From IMG/VR virus record IMGVR_UViG_3300017780_003067, positions 1 to 41,636 of that record: 41,636 nt of DNA, one strand, 5' to 3'. Under the pieces are notes generated by a model. The model had not been told where the DNA came from, searched no databases, and saw nothing but the letters and a program-made list of their open reading frames with translations. A program made the translations under genes and the position numbers. Origin of the DNA: a virus (taxonomy: Duplodnaviria; Caudoviricetes). Shown one piece after another: positions 23,971 through 32,853 of the stretch; positions within the stretch are counted from its first letter, which is position 1, and each line of letters starts with the position of its first letter.

Positions 23971-26025
23971 ATGCGAAAAGCAAAACAACATATTGAGGTC
24001 GAAAACGTGACACGCAAAAAAGCACCACAGGCAAAGGTTGACCAAACCATGCCGATGCAATTGTATAGGATTACCCAAAACATTGCAGTATGGCGTGATG
24101 CTGTCAATCAGGCTGAAAGTGTATCTAACCCAAATAGAACCGAGTTAATCAGGAACTACAATGACATTACGTTAGACCCTCATTTGACCGCTTTAATGCA
24201 GTCGAGGAAAAATAAAGTATTGTCTAAGGAGTGGAATTTTTACGATACAAAAGGCGTAGAAATTGAGGGGCTTGATTCAATCATAAAACAGCCGTGGTTT
24301 ATCAAATCATTAGAGTATGCTTTTGATTCTATATTTTATGGTTATTCGCTTATCCAGTATGGAGACGTAATAAACGACACGTTCCAGTCATGCGAATTAG
24401 TACCGAGGGAATATGTCAGCCCAGAGGGACAAGTAGTAAAGGATATGCCAAACAGCTCTTACAATCAAGGTAAGCCGTTTAACGAAAGACCTTATTCGGA
24501 TTGGTGTTTATTTGTTGGGGATAAAAAAGACTTGGGATTACTTTGCAAGGCTAGTCCTTTGGTTATCTATAAAAAGTTTGTAACTGCTAACTGGTCTGAA
24601 TTTGCAGAAATGTTTGGGATGCCTTTACGTATTGGGAAAACAGATATAAACGACCCTACTTCATTTTCGAACATGAAGAAAGCCGTTCATACAATCGGGT
24701 CAAATGCCAGTGCAGTTATTTCTGTTGACGATGTAATTCAATTCGTAGAAGCTACTAAATCAGATTCATTTAATGTGTATGACAAGTTCATAGATCGAAT
24801 GAATTCTGAATTGTCTAAGCTTGTAGTTGGGCAAACAGGAACTACAGACATGGGTAAAAATCGTGGCTCTGACGATGTACATGAAAATGTTGCCGATGAA
24901 TACGGTTATCGTGACCAGTGGTTTTTAGAAGCATTCATTAACACTAAATTTATCCCTTTCCTTCAAAACTTAGGTTTTGATATTCCAAAAGGTGCGATTT
25001 GTAAAGTTGATGAGCAAGATGAATTTGAAACAGCGGAACTAGCTAAATTAGCTACTGATTTATTGAAGTACGGAACTATCGAGGAAGATTTTATTCTTAA
25101 AAAGTTTGGTATACCATTTAAGCAATTTGCCCCACAAGTACCGAATGGAGGTTCGGGCGCAAAAAAGCTTAGTATAGAAGACAAGGTGAGTAACATGTAC
25201 TCACAATTGCATTCGTGTTCAATCTGTAATGTAGAGGGTGAACAAAGCGAAGGTGAAACGTTATTTGAAGGGCTGTTTTCTAATCAGGATTTTGAGGATG
25301 TCGTACAAGCTATATTCTATAAGCTAATAACGACTTCAAAACCACCGATTAATCTTTACAAAGCATACGGCACATTATTTGAAAAAGGCATAAACAAAGG
25401 AGTCGAGTTTGCGATTGAATTTGGCAAACCTGACCCTTTGATGTTGGAAGCGTTAAAAGATAACTCTTGGAATTTTGCAGCTGCTAAGACGTGGCAATTT
25501 ACTAAGGACATAGAGGCGCAAATAGTAGATGAATTTGGCGACAAAAGAACGTTTAAGGAATTTGCTAAAGCAGTTGATTCAATTGGCTTGACGTATAATA
25601 AAACATGGCTTAACACTGAATATGAACTAAGCATTTCAAACGCCCAGAACGCAAGTCAGTGGGATAGTTTTGAACGTGATAAAAAAGTGTTACCTTTCTT
25701 AAAGTATCAAACGGTTGGAGATGCGAGGGTAAGAGATTCGCATAGAAGGTTGGATGGTATTATCAGAAGAGTAGATGACAAATTCTGGAATAGTTACGCT
25801 CCTGCAAATGGGTATAATTGCCGTTGTATGTTGATTCAACTAGAAAACGCAAAGGAAAGCGATGTTTCAGGACTAGAGTTTACGGATAAAGAAGTACCGA
25901 AAGAATTTAGGTTTAACCCTGCAAAAAAGAAGCGGATTTATCCTAAAGATCATCCGTATTACGAGGTTTCAACCAAGTACCGTGACGACAAAAACAATAA
26001 CTTTAATTTGCCAATAAGACCGTAA
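23971..26025 (+). CDS. Portal (DUF935/Mu gp29-like) fused to Mu gpF-like head morphogenesis domain
   Basis: DPHL...LGLL.KA...WSEFAEMFGMPLRIGK...SKLVVGQT; C-terminal YQTVGDARVRDSH..LDG...NGYNCRC. Confidence 0.88.
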   Translation: MRKAKQHIEVENVTRKKAPQAKVDQTMPMQLYRITQNIAVWRDAVNQAESVSNPNRTELIRNYNDITLDPHLTALMQSRKNKVLSKEWNFYDTKGVEIEGLDSIIKQPWFIKSLEYAFDSIFYGYSLIQYGDVINDTFQSCELVPREYVSPEGQVVKDMPNSSYNQGKPFNERPYSDWCLFVGDKKDLGLLCKASPLVIYKKFVTANWSEFAEMFGMPLRIGKTDINDPTSFSNMKKAVHTIGSNASAVISVDDVIQFVEATKSDSFNVYDKFIDRMNSELSKLVVGQTGTTDMGKNRGSDDVHENVADEYGYRDQWFLEAFINTKFIPFLQNLGFDIPKGAICKVDEQDEFETAELAKLATDLLKYGTIEEDFILKKFGIPFKQFAPQVPNGGSGAKKLSIEDKVSNMYSQLHSCSICNVEGEQSEGETLFEGLFSNQDFEDVVQAIFYKLITTSKPPINLYKAYGTLFEKGINKGVEFAIEFGKPDPLMLEALKDNSWNFAAAKTWQFTKDIEAQIVDEFGDKRTFKEFAKAVDSIGLTYNKTWLNTEYELSISNAQNASQWDSFERDKKVLPFLKYQTVGDARVRDSHRRLDGIIRRVDDKFWNSYAPANGYNCRCMLIQLENAKESDVSGLEFTDKEVPKEFRFNPAKKKRIYPKDHPYYEVSTKYRDDKNNNFNLPIRP

Positions 26026-26082
26026 TGTGCGATAAATTAAAAGGTATTACAAGTATTTGCCAAAAGTGTAAAGAAGTGAAAA

Positions 26083-26625
26083 ATGGCGAGCAAATGGGGA
26101 TTAAAAGAAAAACTTGCAAGCTTGCAGAAGATGAAAAGCACGTTACCAACGGTTCTAGGAAACAAGATTAAAAACTTTACCTTAGAAGCATTTAGGAAAC
26201 AAGGTTTTACAGATTCAGGTTTTCAGCGTTGGAGGCCACGAAAGAAAAACAAAGATGCTGGTAGGGCAATCTTAGTAAAGACAGGTAAATTAAGACGTTC
26301 AATAAAAGTCAGTAGGGCAAATTGGACAAGAGTAGTAGTGGGTAGTTATGGTTTGCCATATGCTCAAATACATAATGAAGGTGGCAGTATTGAAAAAAGT
26401 AGTAGAACGGCAATACTCTCATTCAAGAGTTATAAGCGTGGTAAAAACAAGGGTAAAACATTGTTTGCAAAAAACAACAAGAAAGCAAGTTACTCCCAAA
26501 AAGCAGAAATAGGAGCGCATTCAATAAACATGCCTAAAAGGCAATTTATAGGAAGGTCGCAAAGATTAGAACGAGAATTGAAAGGAATTATAGATGGTCA
26601 ATTTAGAAAAATAGTAATTAAGTAA
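26083..26625 (+). CDS. Virion morphogenesis protein (Mu gpG-like)
   Basis: ILVKTGKLRRSI...YAQIHNEG...MPKRQFIG. Confidence 0.85.
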   Translation: MASKWGLKEKLASLQKMKSTLPTVLGNKIKNFTLEAFRKQGFTDSGFQRWRPRKKNKDAGRAILVKTGKLRRSIKVSRANWTRVVVGSYGLPYAQIHNEGGSIEKSSRTAILSFKSYKRGKNKGKTLFAKNNKKASYSQKAEIGAHSINMPKRQFIGRSQRLERELKGIIDGQFRKIVIK

Positions 26626-27140
26626 TGACAACCCAATTCTATACCGACATAAGTAATAGGCTACAAACGTTGTCTTGGTTCACGTACTTCAAATTATTTA
26701 ACAACCAGTTTGAAAGCATGGAAGAACAACAAGAACAAACGTTCCCAAACTTGTCTATATTTATGGAGTTCCTAGAACCTGTCGAAGTATTGTCTTTGAT
26801 GGGGGGTGTTCAGATGTACGATGCTACTATTCGCTTTCATTTGTACCTTATAAGTTACGAATTAGAAGATTTGGACATGTTTACGTACAAACAAGAGCTA
26901 CATGCTAAATTGCAAGGATTCTTTCCAACTGATAGTAGCAGAATGAATCGTATATCAGAAAGTCCTGACCAAAATCACAATGGGTACATGGTTTGGAAAT
27001 TGGATTACAAATGTCAAATACCAGATGAAAGTGGAAGTTTTTATGCCAATGTCGTAGATGCTGCACCAATAACGCTAGATTTGACTACTGAATTGATAAT
27101 TGATAACGAAGTGATTAGAACTGGTAAATTTCCCGAATAA
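26625..27140 (+). CDS. Putative tail terminator/neck protein (gp37-like)
   Basis: LFNNQF...FPNLSIFMEF...LHAKLQG; position. Confidence 0.6.
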   Translation: MTTQFYTDISNRLQTLSWFTYFKLFNNQFESMEEQQEQTFPNLSIFMEFLEPVEVLSLMGGVQMYDATIRFHLYLISYELEDLDMFTYKQELHAKLQGFFPTDSSRMNRISESPDQNHNGYMVWKLDYKCQIPDESGSFYANVVDAAPITLDLTTELIIDNEVIRTGKFPE

Positions 27141-28003
27141 TGGCACTAAGCATTGACCAAACAAAAGAGATAATAAGGGCAGCAAAAAATACAGACCCTG
27201 TAATTTCTGATATTAAATTTGCCAACGAGGGCGGTTCACAGGTAGGCACTGCAAATGCGTGGGCTTATTTACACGCTTTGGCTAGTAATTTGCTTAGTCA
27301 GTTGTTTGATAAGCATTTGACCGATACAACAGAGGTACTAAAAAACAATATTGCAGCTACTCCAATTTGGATAAAAAATAAAATGCTTGCTTTCCAATAT
27401 GGGGATCAAGTTGTAATGAACGAAGATACTGGGGTGGTAGAATATGAGGTTATTGATACTGACAAGCAAATAATTACCCAGTGTTCAGTAAAGAATGCTA
27501 ATTACGGGGAAGTAAATATTAAAGTTGCAAAAGGTGGTACAAGCCCAGTTGCTTTAGCTTCTGGAGAGTTAACATCAGCTCAGTCTTATTATGCAAATCT
27601 AAACCCAGCAGGTATAAGGTATAATATTATATCCCTAGAGGCTGATAGATTGCTTATTAGAGGAACTGTTTATTATAATGGTCAATACCAAGATTCTATT
27701 CAAACGGATGTTGAAACAGCAGTTAACGCATATTTAGCAGCTTTGCCATTTGATGGAGCTATGGTAATTAAAGACCTAGAAACTGCGATTAATAACGTTG
27801 ATGGAGTTGAAGATATAGTAATTGAAGAGTTATCTGCAAGGGACGAAACAACCGACTTTGCAGATAGAACTAAATTAATAGATGATTACAAACTTACAAG
27901 CGTTGGGAATCGTAAATGGGATTCTGTTTCTGGCTATATGATAACAGAAGACGAAAGTGGGGAAACAATAAGTGATACCTTAGAATATTTAATAAATGGC
28001 TAG
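27140..28003 (+). CDS. Baseplate J-like wedge protein
   Basis: AFQYGD...IKVAK...PAGI...LPFDG...LETAINNVDGV. Confidence 0.65.
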   Translation: MALSIDQTKEIIRAAKNTDPVISDIKFANEGGSQVGTANAWAYLHALASNLLSQLFDKHLTDTTEVLKNNIAATPIWIKNKMLAFQYGDQVVMNEDTGVVEYEVIDTDKQIITQCSVKNANYGEVNIKVAKGGTSPVALASGELTSAQSYYANLNPAGIRYNIISLEADRLLIRGTVYYNGQYQDSIQTDVETAVNAYLAALPFDGAMVIKDLETAINNVDGVEDIVIEELSARDETTDFADRTKLIDDYKLTSVGNRKWDSVSGYMITEDESGETISDTLEYLING

Positions 28004-28676
28004 TATCTATCAATTTACAATAAGTCTTTTTGTTGACAGGAACTTGCCACCTGACAAGCGTTATGAGCCTATGTCTAATTGGGTGACGGCACTTTTAAGC
28101 CCTATCCAATACATTCAAAAAATGCTCTACCGATTTGTTTATGGTTCAAGCGATGGGGTGTTTAACATACTTACATCTTATTCATTTGGGACATTTATAA
28201 AGTATCAAAATAAGGTGTATTTTAAATGGACGGATGGTTCAAATACTACCGACTATCCAAATATTGATACGTCAAATTGGTATAAAATAATGGATGGGAT
28301 TTTTGGGATAGAAGTCAAAAAAAACTGGTATTCTGGACGTTTGACATTAGAATATATTTTAAATACATTCTTTGGGACTACATATTTGAATCCAATTGAT
28401 GGAACTTCTGATATTTACATAACAAATCCAGTACGTGGCGATGTTTATTTTACCAGTTATGCACAACCAATAGGAAGCCCTGTTTATAAATTAGCTTTAA
28501 ATTCATTGGCAGCAGTTTATGATGGGGCTGCAAATATTAATAGTGTAATTTCGTTTACTATAAACGTACCAATTGCAACTTACACAGCACTAGGAGACGA
28601 TCCAGAAGCAAAAGTAAAATCAGTAATAAAAGATTATGTTTACGCAGGCATTAACTATTCAGTAACAACATATTAA
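27996..28676 (+). CDS. Baseplate wedge/tail protein (I-like)
   Basis: LPPDKR...LEYILNTFF...FTINVP...YAG; follows the J-like gene. Confidence 0.55.
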   Translation: MASIYQFTISLFVDRNLPPDKRYEPMSNWVTALLSPIQYIQKMLYRFVYGSSDGVFNILTSYSFGTFIKYQNKVYFKWTDGSNTTDYPNIDTSNWYKIMDGIFGIEVKKNWYSGRLTLEYILNTFFGTTYLNPIDGTSDIYITNPVRGDVYFTSYAQPIGSPVYKLALNSLAAVYDGAANINSVISFTINVPIATYTALGDDPEAKVKSVIKDYVYAGINYSVTTY

Positions 28677-28677
28677 A

Positions 28678-29520
28678 ATGAAAAAATTAGATTGGACTCC
28701 CGTAACGGCTGCAAATGGACTTGTCTTTGAAGAGCAAACCTTTGAACACATGAATAATGGGCATAAGGATAGTTATATTGCATTTGTAAAAGCAAATATA
28801 CCCAGCGCATGGCATACTGGAAAGTTAGTTGTATTGTACGGTTGTGTCGCTACTGGAACAAATCCAGGGGCAAGGACATTAACGTCAGGGGCTGTTTATT
28901 ATAGTGGGGAAGTTTACCAAGTTGACTCAGCTTCTTTTTCAACAACTGGTAGTCAAATAGGAATATGGACACTTACCGATGTTGACAGCGGTACTGATGA
29001 ATCAACCATTAAAACGGCTTCAAGTTCATTCACAGATCACGTTTTAGTTAATTCTAAATTTGTATTTGCTGCTGGGTTGTCAGGAACAGGGACTTTTGAC
29101 GAAAACAGTACAAACATTTTGTACTATCAAGATGGATTATATGAAGTATTGTCATATACACTAGGTATATTGGCAACTTCTAGTTATGTCACAACACCTA
29201 CTTCTTACATATCTACACCTTCTACAATTGTAACATTAACCCCAAGTACAACAAAATCAAATGCAAATGTATTAGTTTTGTTTTCGGCAGAAGTAACCAG
29301 CGCAACAACATCAGGTACTACAAGTAGGATAAATATCAAAAAGAATGGTACTACTATTAGAACTCAGGCTTGTACTCCAGAGCTTTCTGGGCAATCAGCT
29401 ATATCTATGCAATGTATAACATCTTATGTTGCTTCTGATATATTTACTGTTACAGCGGAAACAAGCGCAAGTGACTCTAATATTAATAACTATCAGCTTA
29501 TTGTAAAATCTTTATTTTAA
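28678..29520 (+). CDS. Tail fibre/baseplate-attached protein
   Basis: VVLYGC...SGAVYYSGEVYQV N-terminal domain; S/T-rich beta C-terminus. Confidence 0.55.
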   Translation: MKKLDWTPVTAANGLVFEEQTFEHMNNGHKDSYIAFVKANIPSAWHTGKLVVLYGCVATGTNPGARTLTSGAVYYSGEVYQVDSASFSTTGSQIGIWTLTDVDSGTDESTIKTASSSFTDHVLVNSKFVFAAGLSGTGTFDENSTNILYYQDGLYEVLSYTLGILATSSYVTTPTSYISTPSTIVTLTPSTTKSNANVLVLFSAEVTSATTSGTTSRINIKKNGTTIRTQACTPELSGQSAISMQCITSYVASDIFTVTAETSASDSNINNYQLIVKSLF

Positions 29521-29992
29521 AATATTTTATTTCAGTTTTTATTATAATAACCCCTTCATAATTGTTGGGGTTATCTATTTTTATGCCTTGTATTGTATAA
29601 TATGTTTTGTTATATGTGTTTAGTATAATTTCATCATCATTTATCCCTAATGGCAAATAATACGTTGGATTAGCCATAAAAGAATTATATAAACCACCTA
29701 AAGTAAGCCTACATTCATACTTTCTTCGTGGGTACATATAAGCAACTTGTTTGTAATGACTTCTACCTTTTGAATCAGTATAATCAAAGAAAAAAGTATG
29801 GGTAATATCTTCTGTATAGTCAACACCATAACCGATACAACTTTTTATAAAAACTTTAGGCTCGCTAATGTAAAACTTTAAAGTATCTCCTACATATTTA
29901 TCAGTACCATCGTTTTCGTATGTAGCCCAATATTGAGCGTTCACATTTAAACTACTTACTCCGATTGCGATTAATAATAGTATCTTTTTCAT
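29498..29992 (-). CDS. Secreted protein with putative T9SS C-terminal sorting domain (moron)
   Basis: Signal peptide MKKILLLIAIGVSSLNVNA-Q; C-terminal LGIND...YYTIQGIKIDNPNNYEGVIIIK...KIKILQ; opposite strand with own TAATATTG (30015-30022). Confidence 0.55.
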   Translation of the reverse strand: MKKILLLIAIGVSSLNVNAQYWATYENDGTDKYVGDTLKFYISEPKVFIKSCIGYGVDYTEDITHTFFFDYTDSKGRSHYKQVAYMYPRRKYECRLTLGGLYNSFMANPTYYLPLGINDDEIILNTYNKTYYTIQGIKIDNPNNYEGVIIIKTEIKYFKIKILQ

Positions 29993-30044
29993 TTTGTTGT
30001 TTTTAAGTATTACGCAATATTATAAATAAAAGTTGGCACAAAAT

Positions 30045-30076
30045 AAAAAAGCCTAAACTAAAATAGTATAGGCTTT
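30045..30076 (-). terminator. Rho-independent terminator
   Basis: AAAGCCTA / TAGGCTTT stem with a minus-strand U-tract, downstream of 30109..30312. Confidence 0.6.
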
Positions 30077-30108
30077 AAAGTTTAACCATAATCTAACTCA
30101 AACAACAA

Positions 30109-30312
30109 TCAAAATCTTGTTTTCCCTTGACGTTCTTTTAGTGTTTGCACAAGTTCGGGTCTTCTATCGTAATATTCTTTCATTGCTATGCAAACAATAT
30201 CAGAAATTGCAATATTGTTGTCGTATGCCTCTTGTGATACCATCCCCTTAATTTCGGGGGCAACGTAACCTACCACCCTCCTAGTTTTGCAATAATTTTT
30301 GTATTCTGACAT
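30109..30312 (-). CDS. RHH-like regulator divergent from the head operon
   Basis: RRVVGYV (beta) then two helices (ISDIVCIAMKEYY). Confidence 0.6.
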   Translation of the reverse strand: MSEYKNYCKTRRVVGYVAPEIKGMVSQEAYDNNIAISDIVCIAMKEYYDRRPELVQTLKERQGKTRF

Positions 30313-30373
30313 CTGTATAAAATAGATTAGCACAAAACCAAATACATTTTTGTAATAATGTCAAATTTACGAC

Positions 30374-31498
30374 ATGATATTACAGCACAAATATATAAAC
30401 AATTTTGACAACTCTACAAAAGAGGCTGTTATGTATTTGTACGGTGATATAGGATATGACGTTAATGGCTCTTATTTCGCACAGGAAGTTGATTGGCTAG
30501 TTTCTAACGGATGCAAGAAAATCAAAGTCAATATCAATTCAGGAGGCGGTCTAGTTATTGACGCTTATTCAATTTTCGCATCTCTTTATAGTTGTTCTGT
30601 TCCAGTTGAAACGGTAAACGTTGGAATCGCTGCAAGTGCTGCTGGTTGGTGCTGGTTGGCTGGTAACGAGTGTAAAATGATGGATTACTCCATTTTTATG
30701 ATGCACAACGCCAAAGGAACTGACGGAATAGAAGACGAAGTAAGCCAAAAATTTACCGATTCAATCAAGAAAATCATTTCATCAATGTGCAATAAATCCG
30801 AAATGGAAATAGGCGCAATGATGGCCGATGAAACATTTATGGATAGTTCGCAAATGATTAATTGCGGAATGTTAAAGCCTGAAAATGTTATAGTTACATC
30901 TAAGAAACCAAAAATATTAGCAAACGATGTAAAAGGCATCTATGCTATTTGCAATCAGTTCTTAACAACTGACCAAGTTCCACAAACCCAAAAACAAGTA
31001 AAAAAAATGTCGAAAGTAAACTCAATGCTAAAGCTGTCCAATGAGGCAAGCGAAGAAGCGCAATCAGAGGCACTTAGCAAAGTGTTATCTGACAAAGAGG
31101 CACTTGAAACCAAATTGGCTGAATTGCAAAATGAAGTCGTTTCGTTACAGGATAGCCTTAAAGCCTACAAAGATGCTGAGGATGCAATGAAAGAAACAAT
31201 GGTTTCTGAATTGATTGAAAACGGTATCAAAGAAGGTAAAATAGAAGATTCAACCAAAGAAGTTTGGTCGAATCTTGCAAAGGTATCTTACGAAGATGCA
31301 AAAAAAGCACTTAACGGAATTGGTGTAAAAAAACCAGCTCACGTGAATGTTTTTACGCCTGAAACACCATCTAACGATCCACGTGCAACATGGTCTATTA
31401 GAGATTGGGAGCAAAAAGATTCAAACGGTCTTTTGAAAATGAAGACTGAAAACAACGCAGAATACACAAGATTGTTCAACGCATTTTACAAAAAATAA
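30374..31498 (+). CDS. ClpP-like prohead protease with C-terminal scaffold
   Basis: INSGGG, GIAASAA, FMMHN, ETFM; coiled-coil C-terminal half. Confidence 0.9.
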   Translation: MILQHKYINNFDNSTKEAVMYLYGDIGYDVNGSYFAQEVDWLVSNGCKKIKVNINSGGGLVIDAYSIFASLYSCSVPVETVNVGIAASAAGWCWLAGNECKMMDYSIFMMHNAKGTDGIEDEVSQKFTDSIKKIISSMCNKSEMEIGAMMADETFMDSSQMINCGMLKPENVIVTSKKPKILANDVKGIYAICNQFLTTDQVPQTQKQVKKMSKVNSMLKLSNEASEEAQSEALSKVLSDKEALETKLAELQNEVVSLQDSLKAYKDAEDAMKETMVSELIENGIKEGKIEDSTKEVWSNLAKVSYEDAKKALNGIGVKKPAHVNVFTPETPSNDPRATWSIRDWEQKDSNGLLKMKTENNAEYTRLFNAFYKK

Positions 31499-31500
31499 TC

Positions 31501-31836
31501 ATGGCAACTATTAACTATCCATTTGGTTCGGCTGATGCCTTGACCATAGCAGCAACTGGAACAACCGCTGCAACTATTACAGAACAAGAAACATATGTGG
31601 CAACATTGCCAACGTTAACAGGTAATGCTACATTAGATTTAACTCTTTCAAGTGAGTTAAAAGCTGGTGCAAAACTTCATTTAAAGGTAAAGACAACCGC
31701 AACGGAAACATTCACTTTCGGGACTGGAATTGATGCACCTGTAGTAACTGGCGTTGCTGGTAAAACTTGGTGTCAGTCGTTTTGGTACGATGGAACTATT
31801 TTCCTTCCATGTGGCTCAAAAATTCAAATTGACTAA
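31501..31836 (+). CDS. Putative head decoration protein
   Basis: T/A-rich beta protein between the protease and the capsid gene. Confidence 0.5.
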   Translation: MATINYPFGSADALTIAATGTTAATITEQETYVATLPTLTGNATLDLTLSSELKAGAKLHLKVKTTATETFTFGTGIDAPVVTGVAGKTWCQSFWYDGTIFLPCGSKIQID

Positions 31837-31863
31837 TTAATCACACTATAAACATTTACTAAA

Positions 31864-32799
31864 ATGGCTTTACAAAAGGAAATTTGGATTTCAGATATTG
31901 AGTCCAATCTATACGCAAACAACGCTTTCTTAGGTGTAATCGGTAAAGACGATTCGGCTTACGTAAACTACAAAACAGTTCATTTGCCACAAGCAGGTTC
32001 TAAACCTACGGTAGCTATTGACCGTGCAAGCTTACCAGCTGCAATAACTCAAAGAACTGACGCTGACAAATCTTATACTTTGAAAGAGTTTACTACTGAC
32101 CCTATCTTAATTCAAGATACAGAGGCAGTTCAAGTATCTTACAATAAACGTCAAGACGTATTGAGCGACCATATCAAACAATTGAGTTCAAGTGTTGCTA
32201 ATAATACTTTGTATTCATGGGCTGCAAGTGGTTCGACTCGTATTGTTCGTACTTCTGGATCATCTGTTTCAGGTGCTTTAGCTCCTAGTGCAACTTCTAC
32301 ACGTAAGGCAATCACTTTGCAAGATGTTCAAGATGCAAGAACTATTCTAGCAGGCGATGACATAAATCAAGATGATGAAATGTATTTGATTATGCCAGCT
32401 TCTATGTATTGGTCGCAATTTGTAGGAATTGACAAAATTTCTAAATTCTTAGAATTTGGTGCAAATACGGCTGTTTTGCCTACTGGTATCATTAACAAGA
32501 TTCTTGGGATGAATATAGTAATTCGTTCGAGCGTTGTTGTTTATGATAACACAGGCACTCCAGTTATCAAAGCAACAGGTTCAAATGGTTTACCATCAAG
32601 CCCTACAACATCAGACAATATGGGTTGTATATTAACTTCTAAATATGCAGTTCGTAAGGCAATTGGACAGACAAGTGTATTTGAAAGAATGGGAGACCCT
32701 ACTTTCTATGGTGACGTATTTAGTGCTTTAGTTTTGCATGGTGCAACACAAGCAAGAACAAACCAAGAAGGTATCGTTTCAATCATACAAGCAGCCTAA
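31864..32799 (+). CDS. Major capsid protein
   Basis: MALQKEIW...VHLPQAG...SYNKRQDVL...DPTFYGDVFSA; size, position, followed by a terminator. Confidence 0.85.
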   Translation: MALQKEIWISDIESNLYANNAFLGVIGKDDSAYVNYKTVHLPQAGSKPTVAIDRASLPAAITQRTDADKSYTLKEFTTDPILIQDTEAVQVSYNKRQDVLSDHIKQLSSSVANNTLYSWAASGSTRIVRTSGSSVSGALAPSATSTRKAITLQDVQDARTILAGDDINQDDEMYLIMPASMYWSQFVGIDKISKFLEFGANTAVLPTGIINKILGMNIVIRSSVVVYDNTGTPVIKATGSNGLPSSPTTSDNMGCILTSKYAVRKAIGQTSVFERMGDPTFYGDVFSALVLHGATQARTNQEGIVSIIQAA

Positions 32800-32802
32800 A
32801 TG

Positions 32803-32827
32803 AAAGGGGTGTAAAAGCCCCTTTTTT
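32803..32827 (+). terminator. Rho-independent terminator after the capsid gene
   Basis: AAAGGGGT-GTAAAA-GCCCCTTT-TTT. Confidence 0.8.
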
Positions 32828-32853
32828 GTTTTAACCTTTAAATTATAAAACAA

